From positions 310,001 to 374,000 of IMG/VR virus record IMGVR_UViG_3300027749_002876: DNA of 64,000 nucleotides; one strand, given 5' to 3'. A program made the position numbers and the translations under genes. How positions within the stretch are numbered: position 1 is the first letter of the stretch; the number at the start of each line of letters is the position of its first letter. This document shows positions 58,048 through 64,000 of the stretch, piece after piece. The notes beneath the pieces are model-generated. The model made no database searches and was not told the origin of the DNA. It was given only the letters and a program-made list of their open reading frames with translations.

Positions 58048-61000
58048 ATGGCAATTAAACCATTTAACTCGGTCGCTGGCTTCTCAGTTGGAGAAATACC
58101 AGCCAACGTTGTATTAGCAAATGGTGACATAATTACCGGCAACATACAAGCTAATGCAAATATAACTGCTAATGGTAACATTACAGCTAACTTCTTTTTG
58201 GGTAACGGTGCTTACTTAACAGGTATTGATGCTACTAGTATTCAAAACGGTAATAGTAATGTCAAAGTTTATGCTAATGCAAACATAGCAATTAGTTCTG
58301 CAGGAAACGCAAACGTAGCCATTGTGACTGGCACAGGACTTATTGTAGCCGGCACATTCAGTGCATCCGGCAATGCTACTGCAGGTAATTTAAGTACAGT
58401 TGGTAATGTAAGTTCAGGTAACTTAATAGCAACTGGATTATTAAGCGTAATAGGTAATGCTAATGTTGGAAACATTGGTGCTTACAATGGTACATTTACT
58501 ACTATAACAGGAACACTCACAACTAACGCACAGCCTAATATTACAAGTGTTGGTGCATTAGCAAGTGTATCAATCATTGGTAATGCTAATATTGGCAATA
58601 TTGGATCAGCTGGTGTAATTACTGCAGTGGGCAATATTGGTGCAGGAAACATATCAACAACTGGATTAATAACAGTAGCTGGTAATGCCAACATAGGTAA
58701 TATTGGTACAGGTGGATTTATTACTGCTACTGGTAATATTACCGGTAGCAATTTAATCACAGCAGGAAATACAACTACTTCTAATGCAACAGTTAATTTA
58801 GAATTATCAGGTAACACAGCAAACTTTACAGGAAACGTATACGCACCAAACTTCATTGGTAACGTAGTTGGTAATATTTCTGGTAACATTGTCATTCCTG
58901 GAGCTAATACAGGTGTTGTATTTAACGATCAAGGAAATGCTAATACAAGCACAGCGTTTACATTTAATAAAATATCAAATGCAGTATCAATAAGTGGTAA
59001 CATCACTGCCGCTAACATATCAACCGGTGGCTTAATTACTGCGACTGGTAATATCACCGGTGCTAATTTAATAACAGGTGGACTAATTACTGCTACTGGT
59101 AACATTACTGGTGCTAATATAATAACTGGTGGTATAGTAACTGCCACCGGTAATGGTACATTTGGCAACATTAGCACAGCTGGATTAATTACTATTACTG
59201 GTAATGTAACTGGTGGTAACTTAACTACAGGTGGTTCACTGTCTGTAACGGGTAACGCTAACGTAGGTAATTTGGGCGCTACAAATCTAGTATCAACAGT
59301 AGTAACTGCATCAGGTAATATCACCGGTGGCAACTTAACTACAGGTGGAGTATTAACTGTAAATGGTACAGCAGATAGTCTTATTGCAGGCAATTTAAAT
59401 ATCACTGGTAAATGGATAAACAATGTAGGTTATCCAGTACTGGTAACTGATGCAGCCTCAAAACAATATGTAGATAACATGGTATCAAGTGGTATCAGTT
59501 ATCACCAACCAGTCAATGTTGCAACTACAACCACTCTAGCAATAGCTACTAGCGGTACTACTACATATAACTCACCAAATGGTGCGGCAAATGGTATTGG
59601 TGCTTATATCAGTACAACAGGTACATATAATTTAATTGATGGTGCTAATGTACAAACTGTAGGCACACGCATCTTAGTTAAAGATGAAGCTAATGCTACA
59701 TGGAATGGCGTTTACACATATGCCAACACAACAGCTATTGTACGCTCAACTGATGCAGACGAGTATGGTCCAGATAGTACAGAACAATTAAGTATCAATG
59801 ATTACTTTTTTACTCAAGGTGGTATAGTTAATATAGGTACTGGTTTTGTAGTTAGTTCTCCGCCTGGAGTAATTATATTTGGTACTTCAAATATCACATT
59901 TAGTATATTCAGTGGATCTCAAGTATATACTGCTGGAACTGGTATTAATATTGTAGGCACTGTAATCAGCGCAAATGCAAGTCAAACACAAGTTACAGCA
60001 GTCGGTACATTAACTTCATTGAGTGTGTCAGGTAATTCTAATATTGGTAATATTGGTACAGGGGTAGTTACTGCAACCGGTAATGGTACATTCGCTAATA
60101 TTAGTACAGGTGGATTAATTACTGCAATCGGTAATATCACCGGTGCTAACGTCATAACAGGTGGATTGATTACTGCTACTGGTAACATCACTGGTGGTAA
60201 TATTATAACAGCCGGCATTGTTTCTGCAACTGGTAATGGTACATTTGGTAATATTAGTACAACTGGATCAGGTGGAAATATTACTGGTGCTAATGTAGTA
60301 TCAGCAAATACATTCACTGCTACTGCTAATATTACCGGTGGTAATATTATTACTGGTGGTATTATCAGTGCATCTGGTAACCTAACATCATTAAATGCTA
60401 ATTTAGGTAACTTAGCTACAGCAAATTTTATAAACGTATCAAGCAATTTAAATGTTACTAATACAGCAAATGTAGGTAATCTACGTACAGACCATCTATT
60501 GTATGCAAACGGTCAACCTTGGGATTTACAAGAAGCTGCCGGCTCTAATAGACAGATTCAGTTTAATGATGGTAACAACAACTTTGCCGCAAATGCTAAT
60601 CTTACATATGATTATGTTACTAGCAATTTAACAGTTATTGGTAACGTTATTGCTACCACTTTTGTTGGTAATGTATCTGGTAATATTTCAGGTAATATTG
60701 TTATCCCTGGTGCTAACACAGGTGTTGTATTTAATGACAACGGCAATGCCAATACAAGCACAGCGTTTACATTTAATAAAGTATCAAATGTAGTAGCTCT
60801 TTCAGGAAATCTTACTCTTGGTACTACTACAATTGCAACAGGAACTACAACAACTACTTCAATTACTGCTAATCAAACCATTGTACAATTTAGTACAACT
60901 GGTATAGCGGCTATGGAGTTTTTAGTTAAGGGTGTAGATTCTACTGGTTCTAAATATAGTGTGTCAACTGTTACCGCAGTAACAAATGGATCAACAGTCG

Positions 61001-61143
61001 ATTATGTAACATATGCAACAGCATCTTTAAACGCAACAACAGGCTCATTAGCAGTTAATGTAGTAGGCGGCAATGTAGCATTGCAAGTTACTCCAGCAAC
61101 TAGTAATAGTACAGTTTGGACAACACAAGTGAGATTTATTTAA
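58048..61143 (+). CDS. Tail fibre-like protein with GNIT/TGG repeats, 1031 aa
   Basis: Repeats of GGLITATGNITG; DAASKQYVD fibre motif; C-terminal domain similar to that of the 1785-aa fibre; late promoter 58019-58026. Confidence 0.85.
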   Translation: MAIKPFNSVAGFSVGEIPANVVLANGDIITGNIQANANITANGNITANFFLGNGAYLTGIDATSIQNGNSNVKVYANANIAISSAGNANVAIVTGTGLIVAGTFSASGNATAGNLSTVGNVSSGNLIATGLLSVIGNANVGNIGAYNGTFTTITGTLTTNAQPNITSVGALASVSIIGNANIGNIGSAGVITAVGNIGAGNISTTGLITVAGNANIGNIGTGGFITATGNITGSNLITAGNTTTSNATVNLELSGNTANFTGNVYAPNFIGNVVGNISGNIVIPGANTGVVFNDQGNANTSTAFTFNKISNAVSISGNITAANISTGGLITATGNITGANLITGGLITATGNITGANIITGGIVTATGNGTFGNISTAGLITITGNVTGGNLTTGGSLSVTGNANVGNLGATNLVSTVVTASGNITGGNLTTGGVLTVNGTADSLIAGNLNITGKWINNVGYPVLVTDAASKQYVDNMVSSGISYHQPVNVATTTTLAIATSGTTTYNSPNGAANGIGAYISTTGTYNLIDGANVQTVGTRILVKDEANATWNGVYTYANTTAIVRSTDADEYGPDSTEQLSINDYFFTQGGIVNIGTGFVVSSPPGVIIFGTSNITFSIFSGSQVYTAGTGINIVGTVISANASQTQVTAVGTLTSLSVSGNSNIGNIGTGVVTATGNGTFANISTGGLITAIGNITGANVITGGLITATGNITGGNIITAGIVSATGNGTFGNISTTGSGGNITGANVVSANTFTATANITGGNIITGGIISASGNLTSLNANLGNLATANFINVSSNLNVTNTANVGNLRTDHLLYANGQPWDLQEAAGSNRQIQFNDGNNNFAANANLTYDYVTSNLTVIGNVIATTFVGNVSGNISGNIVIPGANTGVVFNDNGNANTSTAFTFNKVSNVVALSGNLTLGTTTIATGTTTTTSITANQTIVQFSTTGIAAMEFLVKGVDSTGSKYSVSTVTAVTNGSTVDYVTYATASLNATTGSLAVNVVGGNVALQVTPATSNSTVWTTQVRFI

Positions 61144-61153
61144 GAAGTAAGAA

Positions 61154-62404
61154 ATGGCAATAAAACCTTTTAATGCAGTAGCTGGTTTCAGTGTAGGTGA
61201 TGGCAACAACAAAGTTGTAATAGATGCCGACGGTAATCTATTAAACACATCTCAAAACATTATCTACGTAGGTAAAAATGGTAATGATAGTAACACCGGT
61301 ACGATAAACAATCCGTTTTTAACTATCAAGGCCGCAATGACTGCGGCTGCGGCCGGAAACATTTCAGTTCATGTTGCTCCGGGTACTTATACTGAAGCTA
61401 ACCCTATTACTATTCCATCTAATGTAGCGTTGATGGGAGACAATTTAAGAAATGTTACTGTAATACCGCAAACACCATCCTCTGATTTGTTTTATATGAC
61501 AAATGGTTGTTATGTTTGGGGTATCACAATTAAAAACTATACTGCTAATGGATTTAGCTATAACCCAGCAACGCCATCACAGAATGTATTTGTAAGCCCA
61601 TACATACAGAATTTAACATCAAGTACTACAACTGGTACTGCTGTTTATATTGACGGAGCTAATGTTAGTAGCATAAGCACTAAAGCAATGATTGTAGGAT
61701 TCTTTACAATTATTAATCGTGGTGGTAAAGGTATTCATATTTTAAATTCAGGTTACAGTCAGTTAGTTAATATTTACACTATTGCCTGTGATATTGGTAT
61801 TAAAGTAGAGTCAGGTGGATTCTGTACTTTAAATGGTAGTGATTGTTCTATTGGTAACTATGGTTTAGTCGCAGATGGTGTTGGACCATTACAAACATCC
61901 GGTACATTAGAATCAGAACTGTATGGAACATTTGTACTTAATAGTTTGACTAATGGTCAACCTCACGTAAATACGGTTGTGTTAGTCGCTGGTGATCCCA
62001 ACTATTATACAATTGATACTATTTTACCTAATCAACCAAGTGCTGGAAAATCAACAGTAGTTATACAACAAGTTTTTACTCAAACTGTTGCTCCGGGAAC
62101 AAATGTTGAATTTTACACAAGAAGCTCAATTATAGCAAGTGCTCACACATTTGAATATGTGGGTGCAGGAACTAATCCTGCAACAGCATTACCACAGTAT
62201 GGTGGTATACCAATTGAAGCAAATGAAGTTGTAGCTACAAATGGAGCAGTCATAACGTTTACAAGTACAGACCAAAAAGGAAATTTTAAAGTAGGTAATG
62301 GATTTACAATTAATCAAGCTACTGGAACCATTACTGGTACCGATTTTTACCAAAGTTTATTTGCTCAAATGACACCATTCATATTGGCGTTGGGTAACGA
62401 TTAA
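61154..62404 (+). CDS. Tailspike-like parallel beta-helix protein (pectin-lyase-like), 416 aa
   Basis: IYVGKNGNDSNTGTINNPFLTIKAAM...VHVAPGTYTE...ALMGDNLRNVTVIP is a typical beta-helix entry motif. Confidence 0.7.
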   Translation: MAIKPFNAVAGFSVGDGNNKVVIDADGNLLNTSQNIIYVGKNGNDSNTGTINNPFLTIKAAMTAAAAGNISVHVAPGTYTEANPITIPSNVALMGDNLRNVTVIPQTPSSDLFYMTNGCYVWGITIKNYTANGFSYNPATPSQNVFVSPYIQNLTSSTTTGTAVYIDGANVSSISTKAMIVGFFTIINRGGKGIHILNSGYSQLVNIYTIACDIGIKVESGGFCTLNGSDCSIGNYGLVADGVGPLQTSGTLESELYGTFVLNSLTNGQPHVNTVVLVAGDPNYYTIDTILPNQPSAGKSTVVIQQVFTQTVAPGTNVEFYTRSSIIASAHTFEYVGAGTNPATALPQYGGIPIEANEVVATNGAVITFTSTDQKGNFKVGNGFTINQATGTITGTDFYQSLFAQMTPFILALGND

Positions 62405-62423
62405 GAAAGAATAAAGGAATAAC

Positions 62424-62762
62424 ATGCCAGCAGCATTAAATAATTTTAGAACAACATTAGCAGATATTACAACTACTACAGCCAATGTATACACTCCACC
62501 TATAGGTTATTCTACAGTTGTTTTGATGGCACAAATTAGTAATATTGGTGTAGGAACAATACAAATATCAGCCGGGGTATATCGTACTGGTAACTACACA
62601 TCACTAGTCAAAGAGGCTAGTGTGCCTATTAATGACGCTAGTACAGTACTAACTGGAAGATTGATTTTAAATTACGGAGATATATTGCAATTTACAAGTA
62701 GTGATGATACTAGCGCACAGTTAGTATTGAGTTATTTAGAAACATTGGTTACCGGATCATAA
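62424..62762 (+). CDS. Small virion structural protein, 112 aa
   Basis: AAGGA RBS; all-beta composition (VYTPP..STVVLMAQISN...LILNYGDILQ); within the fibre operon. Confidence 0.6.
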   Translation: MPAALNNFRTTLADITTTTANVYTPPIGYSTVVLMAQISNIGVGTIQISAGVYRTGNYTSLVKEASVPINDASTVLTGRLILNYGDILQFTSSDDTSAQLVLSYLETLVTGS

Positions 62763-62765
62763 AAT

Positions 62766-64000
62766 ATGGCAATGAATAACTCAAAGCTGTTAAGTGGTCG
62801 TGCTCCGGTTACTCCTTATAGTAACCTGTCAAACGACCGCTACCAGTTCTTAGGGCTTAGTCAAGCAGAACCAAGTCTTGGTGCGGGTGCAGATAACTCG
62901 GTATTGACAATAAGCACAAGTAATACTAGAGTTTGGAGTAACACCCTAAGTCTAAGTTCACTGACAGTTAATGGTGCAAGCAATCTTGGAAACATAGCCA
63001 ATGTACATATATTTGGTGGAGCCAATGGCCAACTAATTCAAACAGATGGTAGTGGTAATCTAATATTTGCTGATCCTGCAGTTAATACTAGTGCGGCACC
63101 AATGCCCTTCTACGTCCCTGTAGGAGAAACATATTATGTTCCCACTAACTTTCAAGGATTATTTACAGTTCCTATTGAGATTGACGGTGCGTTAGAAGTA
63201 GATGGTATATTAGCTGAAGTTGGTACTGCTATTAACTCACTTAATAGCCAAGTTATATTTGATGATAACGGTGAGTTAACCGGTAATACAGGATTCACAT
63301 TCGATACAGTATCAGGTAATTTATCAGTTCCTGGATCAGGAATATTTACTGGTAGCTTATTGCCTAGCGCAAATATTATATATGATTTAGGTAATACAAC
63401 CAATCGTTGGAACGATTTATATCTATCCGGTACTACAATTTATATTGGCAACAGTACAATTTCTACTGCAGGTGCAAATCTTGTTTTTACTAACGGCAAT
63501 GGTGGACAATTCGTACTAAGTGGAAATGCAAACACAACTAGCTTTTCTAGCGCCAATGGCTCAAGTGTACTAACACTACGTGAAACAGACATAACTTTTA
63601 CTGCTAACGGTAATGCAAATATCTTTAAAATTACTGGTACTGGTGTAAATGTAGCTGGAACATTAAGTTCAACTGGAAACGCCGCAGTCAGTGGTATATT
63701 AACTGACAATTATTATTACGCTAATGGTCAACCATTGGATGTGGGTGGTATACCCGGTGGTTCAAATACAACTATTCAATTCAATAATAACGGTGAATTT
63801 GCTGGAAGTAATAATCTAACATTTAATAGTACAGCCAACTTATTAACATTAAACGGAAATATAGCCGCAAGTAATGCTAATTTGGGTAATATTGTTACTG
63901 CTAACTATCTAGTATCAAATAGCGGATGTGTTCTTATTGGGAACGGAGCTATTGCAGTTATTGGTAACGCAGCCGGCTTTTTTAACTCAGGTATAACAGA
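62766..64000 (+). CDS. Tail fibre-like protein, N-terminal part (runs off window end)
   Basis: Not in the ORF track. ATG 62766 MAMNNSKLLSGRAPVTP...RYQFLGLSQAEPSLG..., open to the window end; shares RWNDLYLSG.TIY.GN and GGSNTTIQFN modules with the 1785-aa fibre. Confidence 0.85.
   Translation, partial: MAMNNSKLLSGRAPVTPYSNLSNDRYQFLGLSQAEPSLGAGADNSVLTISTSNTRVWSNTLSLSSLTVNGASNLGNIANVHIFGGANGQLIQTDGSGNLIFADPAVNTSAAPMPFYVPVGETYYVPTNFQGLFTVPIEIDGALEVDGILAEVGTAINSLNSQVIFDDNGELTGNTGFTFDTVSGNLSVPGSGIFTGSLLPSANIIYDLGNTTNRWNDLYLSGTTIYIGNSTISTAGANLVFTNGNGGQFVLSGNANTTSFSSANGSSVLTLRETDITFTANGNANIFKITGTGVNVAGTLSSTGNAAVSGILTDNYYYANGQPLDVGGIPGGSNTTIQFNNNGEFAGSNNLTFNSTANLLTLNGNIAASNANLGNIVTANYLVSNSGCVLIGNGAIAVIGNAAGFFNSGIT

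Noticed and set aside
53499-63709. Numerous minus-strand ORFs of 60-165 aa opposite the fibre genes, and similar shadow ORFs opposite gp5, the tape measure, the propeller genes and the giant gene
   Set aside because: They are antisense shadows of biased repetitive codons, with no RBS or promoter and no protein-like motifs.
1-64000. Alternative genetic code (stop-codon reassignment seen in some large phages)
   Set aside because: Genes up to 5889 codons are open and tightly packed under the standard code.
1-64000. tRNA genes
   Set aside because: No cloverleaf with a T-loop GTTCRA and acceptor stem was seen in any intergenic gap; tRNAscan-SE would be decisive.

Overview
This 64 kb AT-rich window is the virion morphogenesis region of a large T4-like myophage; the host cannot be determined from this sequence. 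The minus strand (1-31070) carries a baseplate module: gp48/54-like, gp53/LysM, hub, gp5, gp25, gp6, a 5889-aa giant protein in the gp7 position, and fibre-attachment genes. A plus-strand island (31198-35838) encodes a gp55-like late sigma factor, gp47/gp46 (Mre11/Rad50) and a Holliday-junction resolvase, followed by a ~450-nt highly structured intergenic element. A gp26-like/tail-assembly-chaperone gene with a canonical -1 frameshift signal diverges from a tape-measure-like gene. The head module follows (portal, core, protease, scaffold, major capsid), then a GIY-YIG homing endonuclease, four tandem six-bladed Kelch-like genes with hypervariable loops, two small genes and a run of repeat-rich tail fibre genes that is cut by the window end. 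About 18 T4-late-like promoters (xxTAA[A/G]TA) are visible. The most interesting observations are the antibody-like Kelch propeller array, the frameshift signal, the structured intergenic element, a promoter-terminator-bounded ~55-nt small RNA candidate, the recoded 3' end of the capsid gene next to the endonuclease, and paired duplications in both arms of the Rad50 coiled coil. All family assignments come from motif recognition and synteny; no database searches were run.
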